37,664 nt of DNA from Candidatus Hodarchaeum mangrovi. GTDB taxonomy: Archaea; Asgardarchaeota; Heimdallarchaeia; Hodarchaeales; Hodarchaeaceae. The position numbers were made by a program, and so were the translations under genes. The stretch covers positions 1 through 37,664 of the forward strand of contig JAEOUE010000212.1 of the NCBI GenBank assembly GCA_016839515.1, in the 5' to 3' direction. Positions 1 to 9,168 of the stretch are shown here, in pieces (within the stretch, counting starts at the first letter, position 1; each line of letters begins with the position of its first letter). The notes beneath the pieces are model-generated. The model was not told the DNA's origin. It did no database searches and saw only the letters and a list, made by a program, of their open reading frames with translations.

Positions 1-222
1 TAACCAATCTAGGAAAGTAACTTGATATAAATCTTCTGGTTGCGTTCCCCATCCAGTAAGGGTAGGTAACCAAATTGTCAAACCTGTTTGTGAATGGATT
101 TGATGAGCAAATTCTTTTAAATCCCATTATGAACCCCCACCTGCCCCATGAAGGAGTAATAATCCTTTTTTTGAGCCCTTAAGAAATAAAGGTTCCGCTC
201 CAACTAAATATTTTAAAGTCAT
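1..222 (-). pseudogene. N-terminal part of a carboxylesterase/monoacylglycerol-lipase-type alpha/beta hydrolase, interrupted by an in-frame TAA (runs off the window)
   Basis: Manual translation from ATG at 222: MTLKYLVGAEPLFLKGSKKGLLLLHGAGGGS*WDLKEFAHQIHSQTGLTIWLPTLTGWGTQPEDLYQVTFLDWL. The GAEP.F..G...LLLHG and P.L.G.GT.PEDL......DW motifs are typical of the Est30/MGL family. The stop is at 129-127. Absent from the ORF track. Confidence 0.7.
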
Positions 223-256
223 TAATATCACTTAATCAATTCTTATTTTTCATTAT

Positions 257-1174
257 TCATTTTAGAATTAATTCTTCAAGTATTAATTCACCCACTTTTG
301 GAAATCGATGAATTGCAGGATATATATGAAATACTGTGTCTTTGAGTGCATTTTCAAGTAGTGGTATTGATTGTGTCATTTTTTGTATTTTATTTGCCAG
401 TGGAAAAGTCATATGATCACAAGGAAATTCTTTCTGAATGAGATTTCCAGCAGGAATTTGATCTATTTCTTTTTTTGTAAATAATGCACTTTTTAATGGT
501 ACGATTCGATCAAAAGAACCAACTGCATTAATCCAAGTATGTATATGAGGGTTAAGGGGTGGTTTAGAATTTATTTTTTCAAGTAATTGACTTTTAGAAA
601 CTAGTTGAATGAATCCTAGGCCTAAATCAGGAGCAAGCGTTTCTTTTGATGCAATAAAATTTTGAATTAGACGAACAGTCTCCTCTATTTGTTTAATATC
701 GGTTAAAGCAACCCCATGATTGGGTACTGTAAGTAGAACAATTCCTTTTATCATTTTTTCAATTTTTTGGAGAGGATAAGGATGGTTTAGATGAGGTGAG
801 GAAAAGACTCTTACTATTATACCACCCATAGAATGAGCTATGATTACTAAAGGTCTATTCCTTCTTTGGTAAATGAAATGTACTGCAGTTAAAAGATCTT
901 GGTGAGCAAGAAGTTGAATATCACCTGAAACTGCATTACTTAATCCTAATGACCAACAATCAAGTTTATTTGATTGAAAAAAATGGCCTAAAGAATCTTT
1001 AAAGTTGTACCAAACACTTGCATTTGAACCAAATCCATGTAGGAATAAAATTGGATTATTTGACCCTGAATAATGAGGGGTCAAATGAAAAAGCTTGGCA
1101 AGACCCTGATCGGTTTCAATTTCATAAATAGCTCTTTTAATACTGATTATAGTTCCCTCAAAAGAATCTATCAA
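257..1174 (-). CDS. Alpha/beta hydrolase (lipase/esterase-like)
   Basis: Oxyanion motif LFLHGFGS, nucleophile elbow AHSMGG, then PNHG, D.IVP and a C-terminal His. The start is uncertain: the first ~30 aa of the track ORF (start 1267) look non-coding. TTG at 1174, or ATA/ATC at 1150/1147 after GAGGGA, are more plausible. Confidence 0.85.
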   Translation of the reverse strand: MIDSFEGTIISIKRAIYEIETDQGLAKLFHLTPHYSGSNNPILFLHGFGSNASVWYNFKDSLGHFFQSNKLDCWSLGLSNAVSGDIQLLAHQDLLTAVHFIYQRRNRPLVIIAHSMGGIIVRVFSSPHLNHPYPLQKIEKMIKGIVLLTVPNHGVALTDIKQIEETVRLIQNFIASKETLAPDLGLGFIQLVSKSQLLEKINSKPPLNPHIHTWINAVGSFDRIVPLKSALFTKKEIDQIPAGNLIQKEFPCDHMTFPLANKIQKMTQSIPLLENALKDTVFHIYPAIHRFPKVGELILEELILK

Positions 1175-1286
1175 TTGAATTATTTTAATACAAAGTACTA
1201 TTTCAATTTTCAGTTTAAGGTGAATATTACTAATGAATCGATTAAGAAGAAAACTAATTATGATCAAAAACGATTTATAATGGCAT

Positions 1287-1976
1287 TTAAGATTTACAGG
1301 ATTCTTTTTTCAAGATTAATCTTTTTAGGAAACGTAAAGGTTCAGGTAATCGATATTTTAAATTTTCAGCAATAAGTTTGGTGGCAGTTTCAATAGAAAT
1401 ATAATTTCCAATAGAAACAAAGACCCCACGAATGTTTTTCTCATGTTTCAGAAATTTAGCAATTATTTTATTCTCAAAAAACACATCAAATATTTCAACT
1501 GTATCTATTTTTTGGTATAATCTTTCTGCTGTTGTTCCAATTAAAGGTGACTTAGTTAATCCAATTGTAGATTGGTTAAGTGTCAGTCCTATGTCTGAGG
1601 CTAATCCAAAATATCTTGGATGCTGAATACCTGCTCCTGGAAAAATGATTAGGACATCATATGACATTTTAAGATTTTTAAGAGCAATTAGAATTTTGTC
1701 TTTGTATCTTAAACTTAAGCAACCAGAAATATATGGATATGCAGTATTTTCCCAATCTCCAATATAGCTTTCTAAAATAGATTTCTTTAGATTATCAAAA
1801 ATTAATAAACCTATGAGTAGTTTACCCCCTTTATCAAAAACATAAGTGAAAGCTAGATATCTATAAGACTGTTTTAAATCAAAATTTTGAATTTCAAAGG
1901 ATTTTTGAACTTGTTTATCTTTATAGAGAGTCAGATCAACACCTTTAGTCAGTAAGATCACCTCTACCCGATTCAT
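1287..1976 (-). CDS. nfi: Endonuclease V family protein, probably catalytically inactive
   Basis: Family motifs GVD, YPYISGCLSLR (PYIPG wedge), G.G..HPR.FGLAS.IG, IGLTKS, VFVSIG and YRLPEPLR are present. Several metal ligands are substituted. Confidence 0.85.
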   Translation of the reverse strand: MNRVEVILLTKGVDLTLYKDKQVQKSFEIQNFDLKQSYRYLAFTYVFDKGGKLLIGLLIFDNLKKSILESYIGDWENTAYPYISGCLSLRYKDKILIALKNLKMSYDVLIIFPGAGIQHPRYFGLASDIGLTLNQSTIGLTKSPLIGTTAERLYQKIDTVEIFDVFFENKIIAKFLKHEKNIRGVFVSIGNYISIETATKLIAENLKYRLPEPLRFLKRLILKKESCKS

Positions 1977-1984
1977 TTAAGAAA

Positions 1985-2022
1985 AATAGAAAAAGAAAAA
2001 TTGAAGCATAAGGCTTCAATTT
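1985..2022 (-). terminator. Hairpin plus U-tract downstream of the ferredoxin gene
   Basis: AAATTGAAGC-ataag-GCTTCAATTT (10-bp stem, 1998-2022), followed on the minus strand by TTCTTTTTCTATTTTTC. Confidence 0.55.
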
Positions 2023-2050
2023 ATTAGAGATTTAGAAATACGATTTAGAA

Positions 2051-2266
2051 TTACCAAGAACTGTGATCTAAGAGGGCATCATTTGGACAGACACCATCAC
2101 ATGCTGCACATTCGATGCAAGCACCAATGTTATCGGCAGTAACCTTCCCGTCAACAACTTCATAACAATCCTCGGGACAGACGTCTACACATTCGCCTGC
2201 TCCTGTACAGAGGTCAAGATCGATATCAACCCATAGATCTCCATCTTCAAAGCGTTTTTTAGCCAT
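2051..2266 (-). CDS. Dicluster ferredoxin, likely [3Fe-4S][4Fe-4S]
   Basis: CTGAGECVDVCP (CxxAxxCxxxCP) and CIECAACDGVCP. Acidic 71 aa protein with a GGAG SD upstream. Confidence 0.93.
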   Translation of the reverse strand: MAKKRFEDGDLWVDIDLDLCTGAGECVDVCPEDCYEVVDGKVTADNIGACIECAACDGVCPNDALLDHSSW

Positions 2267-2283
2267 AAATCAAATCTCCATGT

Positions 2284-2305
2284 AATTTACTGGGCCCAGT
2301 AAATT
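2284..2305. promoter_or_regulatory. Perfect 22-bp palindrome just upstream of the ferredoxin SD
   Basis: AATTTACTGGGCCCAGTAAATT is its own reverse complement. Its function is inferred. Confidence 0.5.
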
Positions 2306-2592
2306 TTTTTGGAACACCACTCTTCTGGAACCCTCTTCATTTAAATTTTTTCAATGAAAATTAAAAAAAAGAATGAAATTTCAATTATCTTTAAAAAAAA
2401 GGATTTAATTATTGGCTTTATTTAGAAGCTCTCACTTCCATAATGGATAGAATGTGTAAAAATTTAATATTTTTATGGTTTTTTCCTGATTTAATTCCAT
2501 TTGCATCCATCCTGTAAAAAGGACTACTTAACGAATCTTAGAGAAATAAATTATTAAATTATTATTTAATTTATCAAACGAGGTACTATTAA

Positions 2593-2988
2593 ATGGTTGA
2601 AATATTACGGAAAGAAGTGTCTATGAATTTTGATGAAGCTGTAAAACTTGTAGAAAAAGTTCTGAAAGCTGAAGGTTTTTCAGTATTATTGATCAAAAAT
2701 ATCGATGAGGTAATTAAAAGTAAATTGGGATTGAATTATTACCCTCGTTATACCACGATTCTTGCTTGTAGTGCGGATCTCGCAAAAATGGCATTAGATA
2801 TATCAAAGGATGTTGGAACGTTATTTCCTTGTTCATTTGTTGTTTATGAAGAGGATGGAAAAATAATTATCGCCCACATCTCAATTATGAAAGCTTCTGT
2901 TGAATTGAATATTGTTTCCTCTGAAGTAATGGCTCCGGTAATTAAAAAAACCAGTGAATATATACAAGCAGTATGGAAAAAGATATAA
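2593..2988 (+). CDS. DUF302 domain protein
   Basis: FDEAV..V...LKAEGF.V...ID....K.KLG, ILAC, G.L.PC..VVYE pattern. GAGGT SD upstream. Confidence 0.85.
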   Translation: MVEILRKEVSMNFDEAVKLVEKVLKAEGFSVLLIKNIDEVIKSKLGLNYYPRYTTILACSADLAKMALDISKDVGTLFPCSFVVYEEDGKIIIAHISIMKASVELNIVSSEVMAPVIKKTSEYIQAVWKKI

Positions 2989-3020
2989 ATTTAAATCCAA
3001 CTCTTCTTCCTTTTTATACT

Positions 3021-3560
3021 CTAATAATCAATAAACCATCGGTCATTTCGGATACGATTAAACATTTCACTATCCAAAATCATAGTTTTTAATAACTGAG
3101 GAACAGTATCACAATATTTTAAAAATTTTATACAATCTTTTATATAATTATTGATATTTATTCCTTTAATTCCAATTCCATGACAGGTTGTTGCGTTTTT
3201 TGAAGGAATTTTCATTTTTAAAGAAGGTTCAAGTGTAATTATAATTCTCTTTTCAACAATTAAAGGAAAATAAGGATAGATTCGACATCTGAGAGGTTTA
3301 TTTTCATGGATAGAACAGAAGTAGCTATTATATTGAGATTTCTCAAAAAAGAAACACCTATTCGCATCTATAGGATTTTTTTTGGCTTGATATGTTCCCA
3401 TTGGAGTCTTCATCAAATTTGGTAATATTAAGTCAGGCAATGAAGATAATTCGTCTGGTAAGAAATATGTATATCCACAGCATTCTTGACATCCCTTTAT
3501 ACAGGAAAATCTAACAAATTTTGATACCCAAGAGAAATCTAATATATAAGGGCTTTTCAA
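3021..3560 (-). CDS. YkgJ family (CxxCxxCC) putative zinc/iron-chelating protein
   Basis: FSCIKGCQECC, RCFF, CSIHENKPLRCRIYPY and CHGIG motifs. Confidence 0.85.
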   Translation of the reverse strand: MKSPYILDFSWVSKFVRFSCIKGCQECCGYTYFLPDELSSLPDLILPNLMKTPMGTYQAKKNPIDANRCFFFEKSQYNSYFCSIHENKPLRCRIYPYFPLIVEKRIIITLEPSLKMKIPSKNATTCHGIGIKGININNYIKDCIKFLKYCDTVPQLLKTMILDSEMFNRIRNDRWFIDY

Positions 3561-3706
3561 TGCTGTTTCTAAAGTAATTTTGTAATTATTCTGATTATTG
3601 GAGGAAAAAATAGTAACTTCCTTTCTGTTTTATCTACTCTTTGAAAGAGAATGGATACTAAAATATTTTAATTATTATATATGGATATTTGGATTAGGAA
3701 TTTATT

Positions 3707-4255
3707 ATGGACATAACTATTCGTGAATACCAGTCTTCTGATTGGGAAGAAGTAAAACTCTTAATAATTGAAGCTGAAAATTTTGGTCCCTCAATGGTAA
3801 AAAGTGAAAAACAAAGGATTGAATTTTATTTACAGGTACCTGTTAAAGGGATCACTTTTGTGGTTGAGAATAAAAAGAAGGTATCAGGAGGTGAGGAGGG
3901 GATGGAGGAAGTTTTACAGACATCTATTCTCGGGTATAGTATAGTAGATTATTTCGGAAAAAGTGCTTTTATTTTATCATTAGTAGTGAAAAAAGAATGG
4001 AGAGGAAAAGGAATTGGAAGAGAATTAATAAATTTCATTAAAAATTATGTTCGAGACCAACAGCAGTTTGATATTCTAAGAGGTTTTGCGGATGATCGAT
4101 ATTTTGGTGTTCATTCATTTCTTTTAAAGCAAGGTTTTAAGACTTGTGGCTATATTATCCACGATCTAGAATTAAATCAAGGTACAATCCATTATGTCAT
4201 TCATCTTAGAACAGAAAAAGATGAAAAAGAAAAAGATACGTTTATTTCAGGGTAA
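3707..4255 (+). CDS. GNAT family N-acetyltransferase
   Basis: ITIREYQ..D start, acetyl-CoA-binding motif LVVKKEWRGKGIGRELI, and FLLKQGF. Confidence 0.88.
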   Translation: MDITIREYQSSDWEEVKLLIIEAENFGPSMVKSEKQRIEFYLQVPVKGITFVVENKKKVSGGEEGMEEVLQTSILGYSIVDYFGKSAFILSLVVKKEWRGKGIGRELINFIKNYVRDQQQFDILRGFADDRYFGVHSFLLKQGFKTCGYIIHDLELNQGTIHYVIHLRTEKDEKEKDTFISG

Positions 4256-4280
4256 CTGACAAAAAATCCATTCTTTTTAA

Positions 4281-4856
4281 TTAACCAAATCGGTTAAAAT
4301 AAAGAAATTCATCCAAAGCTTTTCGTGCTGGTCTTTCTCTCTCATTTTTTTTCTGGTTTTCACTAAAATCATCAGGAATTTTTTCAGTTTTTTTCCCAAT
4401 GCCAATAAGAACCACGATTTCCATATCCTCTGGTATCCCTAGGACTTCTTTCGCCTTTTCTGGATTAAAACCTGCCATAGGATGAGCAACTAAATTATTT
4501 TCAGTTAAAAATAAAATCAAAAAAGCAGTTGCTAAGCCTGTATCAAATAGATAATATTTTCTTTCCTTTTTAGGGCCTATTTCACAATCAAGCTCAGTTT
4601 TAGTTACAACTGCAATTACTGCACTGGAATTACGGTTCCAAACCTTATTTCCCGAAGACATTGTTTCCACAATCGCTGAAAGATGGTTTGGCTCTTGAAT
4701 GATTACATAGTTCCATGGCTGTTTATTCATACAAGACGGAGCTAATTGAGCTAATCTTGCAGCTTCTTTGAAAAGAGTTTCTGGAATGGTTACTTTTTCA
4801 AAGGCTCTATAGGCTCTTCTTTTTTTGATAAGATTAGCTATATCCATTACATTCAC
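4281..4856 (-). CDS. Nitroreductase family protein
   Basis: IKKRRAYRAF, APSCMNKQPW, FDTGLA, HPMAGF and ERPARK motifs. Confidence 0.93.
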   Translation of the reverse strand: MNVMDIANLIKKRRAYRAFEKVTIPETLFKEAARLAQLAPSCMNKQPWNYVIIQEPNHLSAIVETMSSGNKVWNRNSSAVIAVVTKTELDCEIGPKKERKYYLFDTGLATAFLILFLTENNLVAHPMAGFNPEKAKEVLGIPEDMEIVVLIGIGKKTEKIPDDFSENQKKNERERPARKALDEFLYFNRFG

Positions 4857-5048
4857 CTAGGATGATACTGTTGAATTATGTTGCTTTTTTACAATTTAGT
4901 ATTAAATCTTCAGTTATAAAAAAATTATACCATATAAGTTGCCTAAGTATTAAAGGGAAAATAATTTTCCTCAGCTTTATCAGTTCTTTAAACTATAAAA
5001 ACTTTTAGATTATTTTAAGTATAAAGAAGGTTTTTCTATGTAATTAGG

Positions 5049-6407
5049 TCATTGAAATACAACTAATAAAAAGAAAATATAGAATGCCATTGAAATTAGA
5101 TGAATCATTGTTATAATAACCCCATATTTTAAAAAATCTGTAAATTTTAAGGCCATTCCATGCTTAGCTGCATTTTCCATTATATAGATACCTTTTACAC
5201 TACTAATTAGAAATAAAGAGTCTGTAATATTAACAACAGCAAGAATAGACCACCAAATGATACGGGGGTCGATTTTTTGGCTGATTAAATCAATTAATGG
5301 TCTTAATAAGAATATTAAGGGAATATTTTCTATAATACTTGTAAGAAGTCCCAAAATATAGCTAAACCCTAGGGTTCCAAAAAATGGGGAGAAATGAAAA
5401 AGATCTTCCATAGGGGTTTGTAGAAGAATAGCTATATTAGTATCTTGAATCAATCCTGAAATAATGAATACACCTGTCAAAAAAAAGATCATTGACCAAT
5501 CAATTTTCTTTAAAAATTCTTCAATGTGATTTGAAAAGAAAATTAGAACAAACATTCCACCTGTTAAACAAATTATATCCACACTCAATCCAAATGAAGT
5601 ACCAATGGATAATAAAATGGAAATAACTAAAAAAATTGCAATAGCTCTATAAAAATGTTTTCTTGAATCCACAAAACTCCAAGGATCAATTGTTTGCAAA
5701 ATACGATTAAGTTGTCTACCAAAATTATGTTGTTTTATTGAAATCTCTTTGAATATATCTCTATAGAAATAACGGGTGAAAAAAATTGTAATTCCAACCA
5801 TTAATCCCACAAACGGCAAACTTAGGATGAGAAAATCAAAATAACTCCAACCCTGTGTTAAAGAAACATATGCTGAAGTATAGGAAGCAATTGGTGTTAG
5901 CATTCCCGCAAGATTTGCCACAACTAATTCTAAGAATAATAATGGTTTAGCATCAAATTCTGCAACCTCTGCTATCAATATGGTTATAGAAGAGATGATT
6001 ACTAGGGCCAAAACATTTGTCATGACAGCTGACATGATAAATATGCTGAGAGCAAGAATTACCATTAATACATCGAAGGATCCTTGAATTGTACGGAGGA
6101 TATAAAGAATAAAAACCTCCACAATCCCTGATTTCTGTAGCATTTCCATAATCAAAGTTATTCCAATAATGGTAAGGATCAATGGTAAGTCGATCCAATT
6201 GTAGATAATTTCAAACTTATCAATCACCCCAGTTACCATTGATATAATTAAAGCAATTATAACTCCACTAAATGTGATTGCAACTTTATTGAATTTTTCA
6301 GATGCAATCAAGATTAGAACAGCTAGAAAGAGCACAGTTAAAAGAATTCCAGTCTCAAAATTAACAGATTCTTGTGAAAGAATATTGAACAACGGAATTC
6401 TCTCCAT
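5049..6407 (-). CDS. ArsB/NhaD/SLC13-type anion permease
   Basis: About 12 hydrophobic segments, SAVMTNV, ANLAGMLTPIAS, IDWSMIFFL.G.F and SIIENIP motifs. Confidence 0.85.
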   Translation of the reverse strand: MERIPLFNILSQESVNFETGILLTVLFLAVLILIASEKFNKVAITFSGVIIALIISMVTGVIDKFEIIYNWIDLPLILTIIGITLIMEMLQKSGIVEVFILYILRTIQGSFDVLMVILALSIFIMSAVMTNVLALVIISSITILIAEVAEFDAKPLLFLELVVANLAGMLTPIASYTSAYVSLTQGWSYFDFLILSLPFVGLMVGITIFFTRYFYRDIFKEISIKQHNFGRQLNRILQTIDPWSFVDSRKHFYRAIAIFLVISILLSIGTSFGLSVDIICLTGGMFVLIFFSNHIEEFLKKIDWSMIFFLTGVFIISGLIQDTNIAILLQTPMEDLFHFSPFFGTLGFSYILGLLTSIIENIPLIFLLRPLIDLISQKIDPRIIWWSILAVVNITDSLFLISSVKGIYIMENAAKHGMALKFTDFLKYGVIITMIHLISMAFYIFFLLVVFQ

Positions 6408-6524
6408 TATTGTTTAATTAATCCTTTTATTATTTAAAAAAATTATGAATCTATAAGTATTAAACAGATTTAAAAACTTAAGAAACTAATCATTAATCTT
6501 AAAGTCTGTAATAAAAACATTATT

Positions 6525-6659
6525 ATGAGCTCTAAATTTATGAAGATTCTTGATGGAAGTGAGGGGGAATTAGTGAGCTGGTTTTATACTGACAATAATC
6601 GAGAATGGGTATTAAAGAGCAAAATCCAAAAATTAGCTGAAAAAAACCCTCCTAAATGA
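6525..6659 (+). CDS. Candidate small hypothetical protein (44 aa)
   Basis: MSSKFMKILDGSEGELVSWFYTDNNREWVLKSKIQKLAEKNPPK. It fills an intergenic gap with coding-like, purine-rich composition. No family recognised. Confidence 0.35.
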   Translation: MSSKFMKILDGSEGELVSWFYTDNNREWVLKSKIQKLAEKNPPK

Positions 6660-6694
6660 ATTAGATCACACAGGAATGGCCATTGGGAATTAAT

Positions 6695-7168
6695 TCAATC
6701 AAAGGAAAGTTCATTTAATATTGCATCCAACTCTGAATCAGAGAGAAATCCTTCTTTTAAGCAAACTTCTTCTTGTTTTCTTTCAATTTTTTGAGATTGA
6801 TAATACAATTCAAGTTGCTTAGAAATACTATCACTAATTTTCTCCATAGCAGCACGAAGTTGCTTTATTGGTGTTGATGTATGAGTAATTACTATTAGAA
6901 CATAGGTTTTTGAAATGCCATATAGACAGAGATTACCATCGCTAAAAATAGTTTGACTAAATCCTAATTCCCCCAGTTTGACTGATGCCATCCCAAGATA
7001 CAAAGCTGTAGAAATTGAAGCAATACCTTCGAAGTCAGTTGTATCTTTTTCTTTGCTGATTTTAGCCAGAACTAATCCTGTTGAATCAGACACCATAATT
7101 TGTTTTAATCCGTGTACTGATTTCATAACATCCATTAACAAAGCGTTAATGCTTAGAGATATATCCAT
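6695..7168 (-). CDS. Roadblock/LC7 (MglB-like) domain protein with C-terminal extension
   Basis: Pattern of helix, GL..IMVSDSTGLVLA, IASISTAL, LGEL, then beta strands and a closing helix, matching the roadblock fold. Confidence 0.82.
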   Translation of the reverse strand: MDISLSINALLMDVMKSVHGLKQIMVSDSTGLVLAKISKEKDTTDFEGIASISTALYLGMASVKLGELGFSQTIFSDGNLCLYGISKTYVLIVITHTSTPIKQLRAAMEKISDSISKQLELYYQSQKIERKQEEVCLKEGFLSDSELDAILNELSFD

Positions 7169-7413
7169 TCTAATTCAAATTCCTTATGAGGTTCGTATTT
7201 AAGAAGATTTAGAAATAAAATCAATTTATTAATAATAAGAGAAAAAATTAACTTGAGAATTATGAGAATAAAAGAGCTTCAACAGTTCTTAGTCTTACTA
7301 GAATATGGATGTTATTCGTTCGAGAATAACAAGATTCATTTGTTTCAAAAATAAAAATGACCTACAGATTTCATCCCTGATCTTACTAATTTAATATTAG
7401 ATTTAAGTAAAAC

Positions 7414-7932
7414 TTACTTTTTTAATTCTAATTCTACTATATATTCCAAGATATCTCGGATATTGATTACTCTTAATGGGTCATTATCGATTATTGCATA
7501 CGTATAACCTCCCACTTCCATATAATGTAATGCATCTACAACAGAATCACTGGGTTTTAAAATCTCGGGTTTTTTTAACATTGCTTCTTTTATAGGGATG
7601 GCTAATTTTGGAGGAAATTCATTGCAAACTCTCTTTAAAAATGATCTTTCTGTAAATATCCCTTCTATAGAATCTCCTTCCATGATGACAACTGAACATT
7701 TTTTATTTTCAAGCATTATCTTGATAATATCTTTGACACTTCTATCGGGGGAAACTAAGAGGGCAATTGAATTTTCTTTTCCCACCTTCTCGAGCTTATC
7801 TTTTAAAATTGCTTTTTCAATCTTAGAATTTGTTACTGGTTTATGAACTTCAAAGCGTGTTAAAGAGGTTTTACAATTTTCACATAAGTCAGAACCCTTT
7901 ATATTCTCATAACCACAAGCAGGACATATCAC
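7414..7932 (-). CDS. Zinc-ribbon plus tandem CBS domain protein
   Basis: N-terminal CPACG.EN..G.D.CENC, followed by CBS motifs GIFTERSFL and INIRDIL. GAGG SD with GTG start. Confidence 0.9.
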   Translation of the reverse strand: MICPACGYENIKGSDLCENCKTSLTRFEVHKPVTNSKIEKAILKDKLEKVGKENSIALLVSPDRSVKDIIKIMLENKKCSVVIMEGDSIEGIFTERSFLKRVCNEFPPKLAIPIKEAMLKKPEILKPSDSVVDALHYMEVGGYTYAIIDNDPLRVINIRDILEYIVELELKK

Positions 7933-8133
7933 GTAAATTACTTCCTCTAAATATCTACTATATGAGTCTTTTAAATATAATCTTAGGTAAATTTGTAGTT
8001 TTTTATTTGATTTGTTGAGCTTATAATTATCTACATTATTACATTAAATTTTTATTTGAGATTTAATATTTCCCTGAAAATCTCTCTTATATGATTCATA
8101 TTACCCATTCTCTTGCTAAGAAAATAGGAATTC

Positions 8134-9168
8134 CTATGTTACTGACCAAGTTTCATCACCATTGATCAGTTCTTGTAGAGATTTTGTAACGGACTTCTTT
8201 GCTTCATCTAATTGTTGTTCCAACATTTCATTATAGGTAGGTTTCTCAATAGCACGAAATATCCCAATCGGTTCTGGGAATGTTGGATATTGCATTCTTG
8301 ATAAAAAGAAAGCAAGAGTAGATTCTCTGGCATTTTCATCATGATATAACAAGTCTGTTTCTTCAAAACCTGCTTCCTTATAATTGATAACTTTGGGAGT
8401 TAATCCATGTAGAAAAATACCTTTCTCACGGTTCTTACCAAATACCATTGGTTTACCATGCTCTAGTTCGAGAATATAGTCATCGCGCATCTCTTTATCT
8501 GTTGCATATCTGAAAGTGCCATCATTAAATATTACACAATTCTGATATATTTCAACAAAAGCTGTTCCTTTATGTTCAGCTGCACGCTGCAGAACTTTTT
8601 GCATATGCATTCCATAAGTAGCTTCTGTTCTTGCAATAAATGATGCTTCAGCCCCTAATGCCCAAGATATTGGATTAACTGGATAATCTATTGATCCTTG
8701 TGGAGAAGATTTTGTTCGAATCCCTTGTTTTGATGTCGGAGAATATTGACCTTTAGTCAAGCCATAGATTTGGTTGTTAAACAAAATTATCTTTATATCA
8801 ACATTCCTTCTAATTGCATGCATGAGATGGTTTCCTCCAATACTCAAGCCATCACCATCACCAGTAATAACCCAAACTGAAAGTTCAGGTCGACTACATT
8901 TAAGACCTGTTGCAATCGTAGGGGCTCTTCCGTGAATTGTATGCATTCCGTATGTATTTAAGTAGTAAGGAAACCTAGAACTGCACCCAATTCCACTAAT
9001 GAAAACAATATTTTCCCTAGGGATGCCTAAAGACGGAAAAATCTTTTTCATATTAGCCAATATTGCATAATTTCCACATCCAGGACACCATCGTACGTCT
9101 AAACCTGAATCAAAGTCCTTTGGAGTAAGTATTGGTAATACATCTTGTGGTTTGTCTGTATCACTCAT
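8134..9168 (-). CDS. korB: 2-oxoacid:ferredoxin oxidoreductase beta subunit
   Basis: WCPGCG, SGIGCSSR, HGRA, TPP-binding GDGDG...NN.IYGLTKGQYSPTS. Confidence 0.96.
   Translation of the reverse strand: MSDTDKPQDVLPILTPKDFDSGLDVRWCPGCGNYAILANMKKIFPSLGIPRENIVFISGIGCSSRFPYYLNTYGMHTIHGRAPTIATGLKCSRPELSVWVITGDGDGLSIGGNHLMHAIRRNVDIKIILFNNQIYGLTKGQYSPTSKQGIRTKSSPQGSIDYPVNPISWALGAEASFIARTEATYGMHMQKVLQRAAEHKGTAFVEIYQNCVIFNDGTFRYATDKEMRDDYILELEHGKPMVFGKNREKGIFLHGLTPKVINYKEAGFEETDLLYHDENARESTLAFFLSRMQYPTFPEPIGIFRAIEKPTYNEMLEQQLDEAKKSVTKSLQELINGDETWSVT

Noticed and set aside
7262-7354. 30-codon ORF (MRIKELQQFL...) and inverted repeat TGTTATTC-n6-GAATAACA at 7310-7331
   Set aside because: Too short to support. 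The 8-bp repeat could be a terminator or operator but has no corroboration.
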